Position numbers and translations under genes: made by a program. Shown here piece after piece: positions 50,701 to 63,356 of a DNA stretch of 64,000 nucleotides. Source of the stretch: Balanoglossus misakiensis (lineage: Eukaryota; Animalia; Hemichordata); NCBI GenBank assembly GCA_040954595.2, contig CM082587.2:4544093-4608092 (forward strand), in the 5' to 3' direction. Positions within the stretch are counted from its first letter, which is position 1. Each line of letters starts with the position of its first letter. The notes under the pieces were generated by a model. It saw nothing but the letters and a program-made list of their open reading frames with translations. It was not told where the DNA came from and made no database searches.

Positions 50701-53700
50701 TCCTGCCTGGCCATTGCTGGATAGTTCTTCACAATGTCCACTTGATCTCTGTGGAATTTTTCATACCTGCAAAAACATTTTAAAATGTTTGTGTGTGAAG
50801 AGAGGTCTGTACAGGCGGAGTTTACTATCAGTGCAATTTTCAGAGCCATCCTCCAAAATGCCAGTCAGAAATTCGATCTTACACAGTACAGACACGTGAA
50901 ATGGAATTTATGACAATCAAGAAATGAACATTGACCACTCACCCAGCTTTGATTTTATCCAGCATGTTTAGTGCCTTCTCTAGTGTTTCCTTCAAACTCT
51001 GCTCACTTCCTTCCTGTCTCATTCTGTCCATGATGATGTCTAAGTTAGCCTCCATGTCCTGCAGAGACAATTTGTTTCCACTCAATAATGATAGTCATTT
51101 ATTCATAATATCATTGCTAGCTGTCATATATGTAGACACACTCAGACCATGACCGAACATTCGTATAAACTCACACATACACTCTGATACACTCCCACCC
51201 AATAAATCTCATACACAAAGTCAGCCAGTTACCTGATTTTTATTATCATGTGTATGCCTACAGGATTCCAATTTCTCTTGCAATTCGCGTTCTTGCCTGG
51301 CAAGGCCTATTTCATGTACATCCCATACATGAGCTGCACCTTGGGCAAACTTGAACAGAGACTTCAACTTGACTTCCTGTTCTTGGCTAAGTTGCTCCAG
51401 CGATTTCTGTTCAGGCGAGGGGGAAAAAATTAAGGAATTGTTATGTCTTATATCATACCACAATTTCTCAATATTCAAGGAAGATATTCAGCATCTTTTG
51501 ATCTACTTTGTTTGACTTACGTCCATCATTTCCAGATGATCTTCAAACATCCTCTGTCTCTCGCCGAGCTGTGGCAGGAAATGTGCCTCGATCACTTCTA
51601 TCACTTTTTCATCAGTGCACTGACCGGCTGCAACTAACTGCTCCTGTGGAGGGAAAACACAGAGCAGTATCAGTAAGCTGAAAGGGTTTTATTTGGAGCC
51701 ATGCTTTCACCCCTACTTCTCTGTGTATGGTTGCAACCGTACCAGGGAAAAGAATGGGAATGAACCATAGTTTTGCAGTGAGAGGCGCCTACCCTGTACA
51801 TGTCCATTTTATCCAGACACAGCTGACAGACTCTCTCGTACTCTTCATGCAGTTTCCCCATGTAGTGAATGTGGAGTTCATCGAGCTGTTTGACGACGGC
51901 CGTCAGCTGGGCGTTCCAGTGGTACACGGCTGTCTTTGTGGAACTTGGTGGTTTCATGTCTCTGTGGAAAGGCAAAAAGGAAAACGAATCACATTGAGGC
52001 AATCTCCATGCACTCTTGTCTCTTGTAAAATGTAAATTTGAACATGTTTCTGAAGACTCGAAGCTGTTCTGAGATGTGACTTACTTGAGTGACTTGAGAA
52101 GTTCAATTCTCTTGTTATTCAGGTTCAGTTGTTCGGTCCTTTTTAAGGTCAGCAGCTGATCAATGCCTGGCGGTTTCACCATGGGATCGCTCTGCATAAA
52201 TTCGCTGCAAACGAACAAGAAAACCAGGAATCAAATGATTGTGTGTGCAGCCATTTTGAATACAAGTTCACGCCACCTGTTCTCGTGAAAGAAAGACCAA
52301 TCACCAACGCTGTATCAGCTTCGCAAGATATCACCAATGCACAATACTCACGTAAACTGTTTGATTGCTTCGTTGATGTTCAACTGCTTCCAGTCTTCCA
52401 CTCTGTTCCGCCAGCTTTCGTGTTGGTTTCGCTCGCGCTCGATGTCAGTTTTCATCAGCCGGGCAAACAGGTCGGCATAGGCTCTCCTGTTGGCCAACAT
52501 GGTCTGGTTGATCACCTGGTGTGGGTGGTAATCCAAAGGTAACAAGTTTCAGTGAGTGGTTTTTAAGTCACTTAGGTGAAAGGAATAAGTTCAAGAAATT
52601 ATGATGGAACCCAAGGTCATTTCAGGGTCAAATCACCTCACCTGTGATTCTTTCTCCAAGAGTCTCTGAACATCAGGTGGCATTACGTGTGCAATGCCTT
52701 CCAACATCTTAGCGTAGTGTTTCAGTACATCTGAAATCTGAAATTGACAAAAACGTGAAATATACATGAATATACAATATGAGTTGTACAGTGTACCTGT
52801 GTCGTAGCTTTACATTTACTGGTTTCCCACTTGTCTGATGTCATGTAATTGTACCCTAGTGCACATGCCTGCCTACACACTCACCATTTGTTGCCTGTTT
52901 GTTTCGATCCTGTCCAAAGTCTGATCTAAGTCAGTAATCCAGGCGTGTCTCGAGATGGACTGCGATGCTACTTCGTCCCACAGATCGTTCAACTGCTGCA
53001 GAGAGTAGTGCTGCAGTATCTGCCAAAAAAGGAAACGAATGTATAGTTGAGGTCAAAGCTCACCATGGCTAGTAAAAGCTGGAATCAATAGAGTGATCAA
53101 AATATGCACTTTTTCAGATGTCAAATTTCCATAGCAACTGTGGCTAAATTTGCATAGGCGACTGAACTGAATACTTACTAAGTCTTCTGATATCCTGTTC
53201 AGAATCTGATCAATTTCTGTCAAAATGGGGAAAAAAACACAATGTCATTACTGAAAGCTACCCAGTCAGCTGATTGCTCAGAACTCATGAAAATGTTTCA
53301 CTAATTTATGAAAACTTGCACATTATAATCAAAATACTTACCATGGTCATTTTGCACGAGGTTCTTGATAAGCAGTTCCCCTGCTTCCACTATTTGAGGT
53401 TCCAGATCCTTCAAAATAAAATAAAATAAAATGCTTGTAAACACCTAACTATTCATTGTAATTTACAAGGTACACTGATGCAATTGAATTTAATCAAAAC
53501 TAAGTTTGCAATAATATGGCAAGTGTTGATTTGTGTCCACAGTTACATACAATGTGTCCACTCGTGAGATCAAAATGTTCAAGTCTCTCAGCAACACTTC
53601 AATTCACTCCTACACGACCATGGATTGCCCATATTAGATTCAACACATCTGAGAGACACATATGTACACATATGAGAGAATCATATATTATAACACTGCA

Positions 53701-54965
53701 CACTCACAGATGCAATGACTGCTAACTCCTGATGCAAATCTTCCACAGCCGATTCATGTCTCTTCTGCCGACTCTCAGCTATCCTTTCTATGATGTCAGA
53801 TCCTGTGCGCTCAGATTCTATGATTCACAACAAAGTTAGTACATCATGGTGTTAGTAAGACAAAGTTGCGTGTTACATGATACTGAAACATCAGTACATA
53901 TAATATAAATATTTAACCCTTTCACCACCATGGTTCGGTCCAACTCCATTGATTTCTACGGTAAAGTTGGACCTCTATAGAGGGAACGGGGGGTGAAAGG
54001 GTTAAGATTCAGACTGAGAATCATGAATTCTAAGATGGAATTCAACACTTACTGACTGTGTCTGCAAGTCCCCTGACTTCTCTGGCGGCCACTGCGGACT
54101 CGGGCTTCAAATAGGATTTTGTGGAGGTGGATTTCACTTGCCTTGAAATGAAGCATATGAATAAAGACAAATCAGTTTCCTACAATTTACAGCAACCTTA
54201 CAATAACGCGCAAAATAACATGACTTGTTTGTAAAAGCTCACCTATACAACACAGGATTTTCTGTCATGGAATCATTCGGTACACTTTCAATCCACGTCT
54301 TCTGCCTTTCATTGAGTATACTTTCACCCATGTTTTTACGCCCATCTTTGACCAATGGAATATTTTTGGCCTTCACTTCCATGTTTGGATCCTTCCTTGC
54401 TTCTTGGGTCTTTTCATACTCCCTGACCAGCTGAACCTGTTGGGGGAAGGAGGTGTTAACTGGGGGCGTCTGGTCGTAACAGTAATACATTGTATTCGGG
54501 TCACATTCTCCAGTAGTGTTTGTTGTGGCATTGACAGTTTAAGCCAATGGGCACTGCTTGTTTTGACGGGGGTGTGGAGACTGGAAAGCTGTATAAATGT
54601 AGTGTTCCAACAATTTTACTCGGCCCTGCCTCGACATAAAAATTGACACTGGCTGTTCAATTTATCTTTTGCTATGCAAAATATGCTGTACATTTCCAAT
54701 AGTAATCATACACATGCCATGGATGCATACTACCACTGTACCAGTACTACTAAACTATGGGAGAAGATTTCACTTTGAAACCAAAGAATATAGAAGGATC
54801 CTGTGCAAATCAACGAGTAGTAGAAGTTTGGGGATCCATGATAACCTTCGTTTACTTTAGACATCTTCAAAAACAAGACGAATCAATTTCACTCACCTCA
54901 GCGTCAAATATTTGTCTGTAGATTTGTCCACTGGGGACCACCCGAGATTCAGCGGTAGCCATCAT
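44755..54965 (-). CDS. CCDC180: Coiled-coil domain-containing protein 180 (CFAP76; motile-cilia protein)
   Basis: About 30 short GT-AG exons. N-terminus MMATAESRVVPSGQIYRQIFDAEVQLV; internal segments [48 protein letters not shown] and LRPTLGHPHN; C-terminus EERWTDSWCQSVEKVKSLY*. These resemble vertebrate CCDC180. Confidence 0.9.
53917..54001. mobile_element. 85-bp piggyBac-like MITE with TTAA target-site duplication
   Basis: TTAA-CCCTTTCACC...GGTGAAAGGG-TTAA in a CCDC180 intron. CCC/GGG termini with TTAA flanks are the piggyBac signature. Confidence 0.8.
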
Positions 54966-55311
54966 TTTGTTGCAATGCTTTCTCGGCTAACCTAGATTTC
55001 CTTTATCAAAACAAGTAGTTATATGTAATGTAGCGATCTAAAACAATTGCTCTCTGATGTCGATCGCCATTCAAGTGTAAACAAGATGGTCCTGTCAGTA
55101 TCGACCTACGACCTGGCGAGTGTCCCTTCCAAATCCACTATTCTGACTGCGTTTCTCTGGGTCGCTGTGATACAGACCGTCGTTAAGTCGTACCAAAGAA
55201 ACCTTAGTTGCTTACGATTCGAGCAGAACAACACTACATGGATTCAGATGGCAGTAATCACGGATGATATCCATGATATTTTTATATGGTAATCCGCCAT
55301 AGTATAGTTTG

Positions 55312-55325
55312 GTTCCCTAAGCAAC
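55312..55325. promoter_or_regulatory. RFX X-box-like motif upstream of CCDC180
   Basis: GTTCCCTAAGCAAC about 350 bp upstream of the CCDC180 ATG. Forkhead-type GTAAACAA at 55077-55084. Confidence 0.5.
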
Positions 55326-56889
55326 AATCCGTTGACCTGACCTGACTACGGAATTGTGGGTATAGTTTAAGTGCCCTCAACGACAGAATTTCGAAACCTT
55401 CGTTTCTCTCAGCGATTTACGTACTCGCTTATCTTTGTTGTACATGTACTCAGTCCGTTAGTTCTCGACACAAGCCATCCCATGCAAAACATTATCTCTA
55501 GTCACCATCAGCTCAGTTGTTTACATTAATTGTAGAAATCATCACATAGTCTTAATAACGCTGGCTGTTTACCAAATAACAACATAAATGGAGACCCAGT
55601 ACAAGTTATATGTATGGCACCTCAAGAACCAATCAAGGCGGTCAAGTTTAATATGACAACTAGTACTGTTTTATTACGCATTATCAATATCACATCAAAA
55701 CGTTTTGTGAGAAAATGTTGTTATTAGCTGAATAAAAAAAATATGTACATTACAAATTGTGCAAACCAAGCAAAATAAATTGTGCAAATCATTTAAATTT
55801 AAGATAACGTTCACCGAATATGAATTTTATCGGTTCATTAAATTTGTGCGCTCGGCGATAAAATGTGCGCGCCAGTGTGTTAATGATTTTCGTATTTATA
55901 ATTAACAGTTCGTATTTCAAATTCGCGCCTCAAACCACATCGCTGTCGCAGCAAAAGACTACATAATATAATAATCATAAACCGAGGTGTAAGAACCAGG
56001 TCAGATTACCGTTTTTTAAAAGTCGAAACGGCTTCCACCCTTCTTATCACTCCACCGCGGGGAAATTTGGGTTGTTGACCGTACCAATGCATGCATAAAC
56101 ATTTCATACACACACTGTGGTTTTCCCCTAAAATTCCCGTTTTCGACTGTGGTCAATGACCCTGCAGCATATCCAATTCAAGACAGTCACTTATTTTTGT
56201 TTTATCAGTGGAAGCGTGTCGTTTCTGCAACTGTTAAATTGCACAGTAACATCGTTTGGTAAATAAAGAGGAAGTGGGTAGTTTCCACCACTGTAATCGT
56301 AGTCATCAGCTCCAGCCAATTCAAACACTCTCTTTGTGTGGGCAAAACCGTATAGAAGTTATTCAGTCATCTACTCTACTGTTCTCTATACTATACCATA
56401 TATTATACTATACCGTGACTGTGCTACAATGCACGAAAAAAATAACAGTGTTGTGTGATATGTGTCGTTTAGTTTCCAAAGTAAAACTGCATGGGTAGAT
56501 TATTGGGATCCATGCAGTTGGTGTGTTGAATCATCTTCCAACGATCGCCGCGACCACAGTTCCCATGTTGGTGCACGAATTTTAAAAGGGAAGTTCTGAC
56601 GGAGAGGACTGTCCGTATTCTTCCAGAAAGCGATCCCCAATGAGACGTTCAGTTGACTCACGCCGGGTGCAAGATTCCAACTCCAGGACTTCTCGTTGAC
56701 ATGTCGACGTTTACACGCAGACCCATTGCTAGATTTCGGCGAACCTTCAGAGGGATCCCGAGGGTGCAAGATTTTCGTATTTTTATAGAAAGTACACACT
56801 TGAAAAAAAAAATAGTACATGGTGATTGTGTCCAGGACAACTTGTCCTCTGATAACGAGATGTTACCAGGCACGGATGACCACTTGTGA

Positions 56890-58543
56890 CTAGGTGTACT
56901 TCACTTCGATATCTGTCGGTAAAAAAGAGAGAAATAGGTGATCGCCTAACTAATGAGAGACAAACAACATGGTTGAGAGAATACACTTCACATATAAGTA
57001 CCTGCACTATCTAGGACAGCCAACATCTATACAAGTTACAACCCAGCCATTACCTGTCTCCGTAGAATCTAGCCTCGGAAGGGCTGGAGCACCCGGTTCA
57101 CCCGGCCTGGGTAACTCGATTTCATCGGATATCTGTCTCTCGTATTTATGCTCGATATTGCCGTTCGCTGTGATGAGGACGGCTGCATGGAGAGGGAAAA
57201 ATAATAAAAGACATTATTTCGTCATATAGACTAGTTTTAATATGATAGTAATTCAGCATATGTGTTCATGCATGCATTGCAGGTACTGGATGGAAGCTAA
57301 GAATACGCACGTGCATCTTGCAAGCACGGGATGGAGAACTTACCTGGAGGATTGGCCTTAATCTTGTCAAATGTTATCATCAGATGACGAATGATATACC
57401 ACTCTCCCTGAGTTCCCTTTCGTCTGAGAGCTTCTATAAAGTGGTCAAACCCCTTGACTCCGCCTTGTGTGATATACTCTATTAATTTTGACACTTTCGC
57501 GGACTTCTTGGTCTTATCCTGGATTTCCTCGCACATTTCCAAGTCTAGAATTCTCGCCGATCGCAGATACGGGAAATAGCGATCGGGCTCGACGCATCTG
57601 CAAAGAAAGTCATGCTTTTCTTCGAGAACCTAAAAGAATCAAACACAGGATAGTTTTGATAAGCGTAAAAAATAACATGACATATAAAACACCATAGATA
57701 TACAAAATACCACTTTCCAGACTCGGGGTGGCAAGTCTACTGATCCCGCCGCGAGAGATTTATGTTTCCGTAATCGGGCTGCTATGTAACGTAAAACATA
57801 TCTCGATGTCATGTGAATCATTGGTCAGGTACAAAGGCTCTAGTCATGGTAACCTATATACAACAGTCCCCCTATTATATATACCAGTCCCTCTGTTATA
57901 CATGTATATACATAGGGACTGCGCCTATACACAGGCCTACATGTACAGCACAAAGGTTATGACCAGTTTGGAATTATCAACGCGGAAATGCCAGTACAAA
58001 AAAATACCGTCATTATATTTACTTATCACTTGCAGCAGTCAGTGTCAATGTTTTCACAAATAATTCCCACAAAATTCTCCATTTAATACAAACCACGAAT
58101 GCATGCATATTCGACATTTCCCACGATTTACCGACAATAGAGTTTAATCGCAAACAATGTAAAAAAGTTGGGTAACTCGTCAAGTCCCCACGTTATAATT
58201 ATGTAGAACGTGGCTACCCAGGAATTTCTCGGTTTGGTTTTGTAGTTTGCGGTTTGAGCAAATTAAAATTGACATTTTGTGAAGCTGTCCCTATCACTGT
58301 ACTCTTTCTCAACGATTATTTATCCGTCAGTTTTAAAACACGTGCATGCGTCACACTTCTTTGTGCCTTAACAGAGCTACGACATCGTACGTGAGCCGAA
58401 TTCTTGAACGCCAACAAATACGGGTCAAAGTTCGTAACATGGATAATATTAAAGTTAATACGTACTTGACATTTTAAGTAATGTAGGTATTCTTCAACGT
58501 CGTCGAAAATTGGCTTTGATGACGGACACGATAGAGACAGCAT
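56890..58543 (-). CDS. BCL10: BCL10-like CARD adaptor protein
   Basis: Exons 58466-58543 (MLSLSCPSSKPIFDDVEEYLHYLKCQ), 57344-57629 (CARD: VLEEKHDFLCRCVEPDRYFPYLRSARILDLEMCEEI...KGFDHFIEALRRKGTQ), 57054-57182 (contains LPRPGEPGAPALP, matching human BCL10 LPRPGDPGAPPLP) and 56890-56912 (DIEVKYT*). Splice phases are consistent. Confidence 0.85.
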
Positions 58544-59582
58544 AGTTCAAAGTGGCCTCCGGGTCCCTGGGCGTCAGTGGTGATCGACAGTCGACGTGTC
58601 AATAGCTGACTCAAATTTCCAAACACTTTGGACCACGATCACGGAAGTCTTGGTTATACATATATTGCAATAGATATCTTGAGAAAGGTGTTCTTAAACT
58701 TCTAGAAGTTTACCAGCGGCGGCGAAATATCCGAAGGCATGGTACCAAGTTGGAAAACAATGGTTTGAGAGAAGAAGAAGGTGACAGCGGCGTAGGACAC
58801 CCTAGAGTCTTCCTTCGTCCGTGTCAAAATGTGTATTAGAATAAAACCAGGAAGCTTCACTACACCCTAATACATGTATAATGAATACCGTGGTATGGAC
58901 CACCACCACCAGCCAGTTGTACCTTGCCTGATCAAACGGTCATGTGACACGCCGCCTGGTCATGCGCTCCGGTCGCGTACATGCTTGACGTGTCAGCCCA
59001 ACTTCCCCCTAAACTGCGGCATTTTGCGGCGATGTTTGGAAACACAGCGCAACAGGTCGAACCCACGAACCAAAGTAACGAAATGAAAAGGGAAAGCGGC
59101 AGTAATCTGTGTTGACAAACAATGTTTACCTCCCAAATAACCAGTGTTATCACACGGTATGACGAGCAGATAGATAGTAAACCCGACAGCCGGAAAAACA
59201 ACCGGCAAAACTGTATGATCACTGGATATAACTTTTATAAGTTTACTTTTTTGTATTTTAAATTTACATTGAGTTCATTGAATATGTACAAAACAAACTG
59301 CAATAATATTTCACTGCATGATAGTTCATCCATATACATTTTACTTAATAGCAAAAGTTTTTCTTTAAAATTAAGCTCGGATGTTAAACGTGTGTATCAA
59401 AGCGACTCCGTTTCATGACTTCCACCTATTTCTAAGACATTGCGCAGTGCACAACACAAACCCAGTTTACGCGTGACTGTAGGTGGATAGGTGGTAGGTC
59501 GACCTGAGTGTCTGGCTCATTATTGTGATCAGAGACGAACGTAGTCTTGGGCGCATAAAAAAGGTCACCTTCGTTAACCACA

Positions 59583-61971
59583 ATGGGATCCTTCATCATG
59601 TCTCCCAAGATGGTTGGATGTGCGTTTCTGTTCTCGTGTTTGCCCATTCCAAACGGTGTCGCTTCTTACAAAATACTGATCCTGCCGTCAACGCCTGTTG
59701 GCAGCCACTACCTGTACGTTGCCAAGATCGGCGAGCACCTTTCAAACGCCGGACACAAAGTGACCTTACTGATGGGGGACTTCAACGACCTTCACAAAAC
59801 ACCGGGGTATGAGAAGTTTTTCGAAGTCAGGATGTACAACACGTTGCTCGGCGATTCTTTTAAAGAACAAGTGAAAAGCCATTTCATATGTAAGAGTTTG
59901 AGAGGACGCAACAGTTTTCAAGATTTTAAGATTATAGCAAACGCTCTGTTGCGGGAATGCGAACTTTTACTCGAAAGTGAGGCATTGCTTGACAGCCTGA
60001 AGAACGCCCACTTCGATATTATTGTTCTGGACAACTTTGCGCCGTGCAACACACTTATCGCTGAGAAACTGTCTTTACCGTTTGTCGTTGTGTCACCCAA
60101 CAGACCTCTGCCGCAGAGGGACGCGTATGCCATGGCGATACCAACTCCAAGTTCATTTGTCCCGGCTACCTTCTCCACATTGACGGACAAGATGACTTTC
60201 ATGGAGCGAGTCTTAAACTTGGGATTGAATATTTTCAACTTTTACATCTACCATTTTATCAATCTACAACCGTACAACGACTTAAAAGTGAAATACGATA
60301 TTAAACCTGACGTAGGCATATCGGAATCAATGGGCAGAGCTGAAATTATTCTGTTCGGTGTCGATTGGTCATTAGAGTTCCCGCTTCCGATGATGCCGAA
60401 TGCTGTTTTCATTGGGGGCCTATTGGCCGGAGAAGCGTCTCCTCTGAATGATGTAAGTATCAGACTCTTCAAATCTTGCACAGCTTTTATTCCGTTCTTA
60501 CATGTAACTTTGTTTTCGCGAATGTGCGTCTATCGATTCGGTAATAATTTCAATCGTCTCGTCGAGGAACTGATGGGGGTGTCGTCAAAGGAATGGGTTT
60601 GGGTCCCAGCATGCCACAGTTGGTACCAACTCAAAGTAGGCGCAAAGTGTACATCTTTCCAAACATCCAAACAATAGGGTCGTTCAACCGTGTTATGAGG
60701 ACCACCATTGTTCATACTTTCTCACACAGTTTTCAGGTTTAAAAGTACAATGTACGTGTAACCCGAGTGAACGGCTTTACATCTTATCTCTCAAAGGAAT
60801 TGGAGAAATTTATGAATTCGGCGGAGGAGGGAATCGTGATATTTTCCCTTGGAAGCTTTACGAATCTGGGATATGTCATGGAAACGGCTGAAATGATCGC
60901 GGCAGCACTGGCCAGGTTGCCGCAGAAGGTGATCATGCGTTACGAAGGCGAGGAGCCGAAATGCTTGGGTAACAATACGAAGCTAGCCGACTGGATACCA
61001 CAGAATGACTTGCTGGGTAAGAATGTGTGTGTCCGACAAGGATAACGAAACGTCAGTGAATTGTAATACTAAATGCACAATTTTAAAGGTAAACCTGTGA
61101 ATAATGTTATCTAATATAAACCAGCACAGACTTTATAGATATGGAAATATTATACCAGTTTAAAACATAAGGGATCGAGGGGAAAGTAGTTATGTCATGG
61201 CTAATGTATCATGGAAGTTATATTAATGACCACGGGTCATTGCAGGTCACCCCCGGACTAAAGCCTTCGTGACGCACGGAGGTTTAAATGGTATCTACCA
61301 AGCCATCTTCCATGGTGTTCCCATGGTAGCAGTACCTCTATTTGGTGACCAGTTTAGCAACGGTGTCAGGTTGTCTAGCAAAGGCATTGGTGTGGCGTTG
61401 AACATGCGCACTCTCACGTCGGATGAGCTCTACCAAACCATCAAGACAGTCATTGACGAACCGAGGTTAGTGTTGATACATGTACAATCAATCAATCAAT
61501 CAAATAGATGTGAAGAGTGGGAAAGGGCACCAAAATATCACTTTCACGATCCAAAAGTTGATCCGCAATATTGGGTGTGCGCTAAACAAAAGAAACGCGC
61601 AAAGAATATTTTCTGGATTTTCTGTTATCACCAGAACTTGAAAGTGGTCAGCGCTGCAACCTATGTGAATTTACACATTCTCTTTTTATTTCAGTTACAA
61701 ACAAAATGCAGTACGTTTGTCGAAGATTCACAGAGACAGACCCATGTCACCCGGCGACTCAGCTGTTTTCTGGATTGAACACGTTATCAAATATGGCGGG
61801 CAACATCTTCGAGCCGAGGCTTTCAACTTGAATTTTATCCAGTATTTCATGTTGGACGTTGTCGTCTTCATGTTAATCATTGTGTTGCTTATGATTGTCT
61901 TGACAAGGAAGTTAATGTCTTTCTTGTACATGCTGTACTGCAAACAGACACAGAAGGTGAAAATCATCTAG
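59583..61971 (+). CDS. UDP-glucuronosyltransferase / UDP-glycosyltransferase (GT1), ER type I membrane protein
   Basis: Exons 59583-60452, 60797-61016, 61246-61465 and 61695-61971. Signal-like N-terminus then YKILI..GSHY (catalytic His), the signature [44 protein letters not shown], a C-terminal transmembrane helix and a KVKII (KxKxx) ER-retrieval end. The start may be a downstream ATG (59598 or 59610). Confidence 0.95.
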
Positions 61972-62164
61972 TCTTAGATACTAAGCATATTTACCTAAAG
62001 AGATATCGTTTGTTGTATTATCTTTATCGTTTTGTATTCCTTTTCAACTGGTTGGTTTGAAAGTAAAAATCAAGCTGTGTAATATGCTCAACAAAATTTG
62101 ACTAGGGACAAGTTTTCCCTATTTTGGTGCTCATGCACTTTTTTGCACGTGATGACAATCGTTA

Positions 62165-62188
62165 CCCTAACCCTAACCCTAACCCTAA
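62165..62188. repeat. Short interstitial telomeric-type repeat (CCCTAA)4
   Basis: Four perfect CCCTAA units read directly. Confidence 0.9.
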
Positions 62189-62636
62189 TAGCGCCACCGA
62201 CGGTGAATACGATTACTCTTTCGGCAAACGCTGACGGTACCGATGTCACTGCCTGTATGTAATTAGTTGACTGACAGCAGAGATGAAAAAGATCTAATGT
62301 ACTGGTAACTTGTTTTGAAGATCAAGTGAGTCTGGAATATAATAAATATAACACACATATATGCACATATTCAATCAATATATACATGTATCCAGCAACA
62401 TCTTTATTCGTCGGTTGATCTATTGTACATACATATCACACTTTGTTCAAACGAATTTAATTTGGAAGACTTGTAGGGAAAATACCCTATAACTTAAATT
62501 TATGAGGGAGATTGCTGAAATACTTCCATAGATGATAGAGGATGACAATGATTGATGTGGTCAATCTTATCAAATGGACAGGAGAACTCCTGTGGGTGGA
62601 CCAGCACAACCTTTCTTGGTAGTACAACAGCGGAAA

Positions 62637-63356
62637 TCAAAGTAAATCTGGTGTTGAAGCTCCAAGATAGCTGCGCAAGTCGGCGATATTCGATTTGAAC
62701 AGTTTACAAGGAATTGTCTCCAGGTTTAGTCTTTTATAGGCCTCGTATCTATGGCAACCGCCGAAGGAATAGAAGTAGTCTCCGCCTTCTCTGCCTTTCA
62801 CCCATAGAACGTCAATTGGCGGAACAGTGTGTCTAAGTTCTGGATCCTGTTGAGGTAAAAAAAGAAAGATAATACAAAGTGTTAAGTTTTAACTTTTATA
62901 CACAAGCATGGATGATGGATCCATGTTAAAAGTGACCAGATAGACTAATCTATTACTAAGTTGAATGAAAAAATGTAGCATCAATCTCACCATCACCGTT
63001 TCCATCAAACTCAAAACTTTGTCCTCGTCTAGAACTGGTGGAATGGGCCTAATTAAAACCCCCACAGGCACTTCATGGACTTCCGCAATATGTCCGGCAT
63101 GGATGCTGGTTTTCTCAGAACTCATGGCACGGTCACCGCAGTCGGTATGTGACGACATAGTGCTAATCGTTGGGAAAGCCGAAAATGCTCGACCAGCGAT
63201 AGTGGTACTTGCTTGATCTTTCAGTGCCCGAGACCCTGCGAAGCAGATTTTAGTCGCCTGACAAAATAAAAACACGCCGAATAACCTCTTACTTCTGCAC
63301 CGAATAAAGCTTCTACCTAATGATAGTCTTCCGAAAAGCCTGAAACTTGACCACAT
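62637..63356 (-). CDS. SRXN1: Sulfiredoxin-1 (short form starts at ATG 63158; long form at ATG 63356)
   Basis: Exon 62991-63158/63356 ([37 protein letters not shown]) and exon 62637-62846 ([30 protein letters not shown]...[10 protein letters not shown]), with the catalytic FGGCHR motif. Confidence 0.96.
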
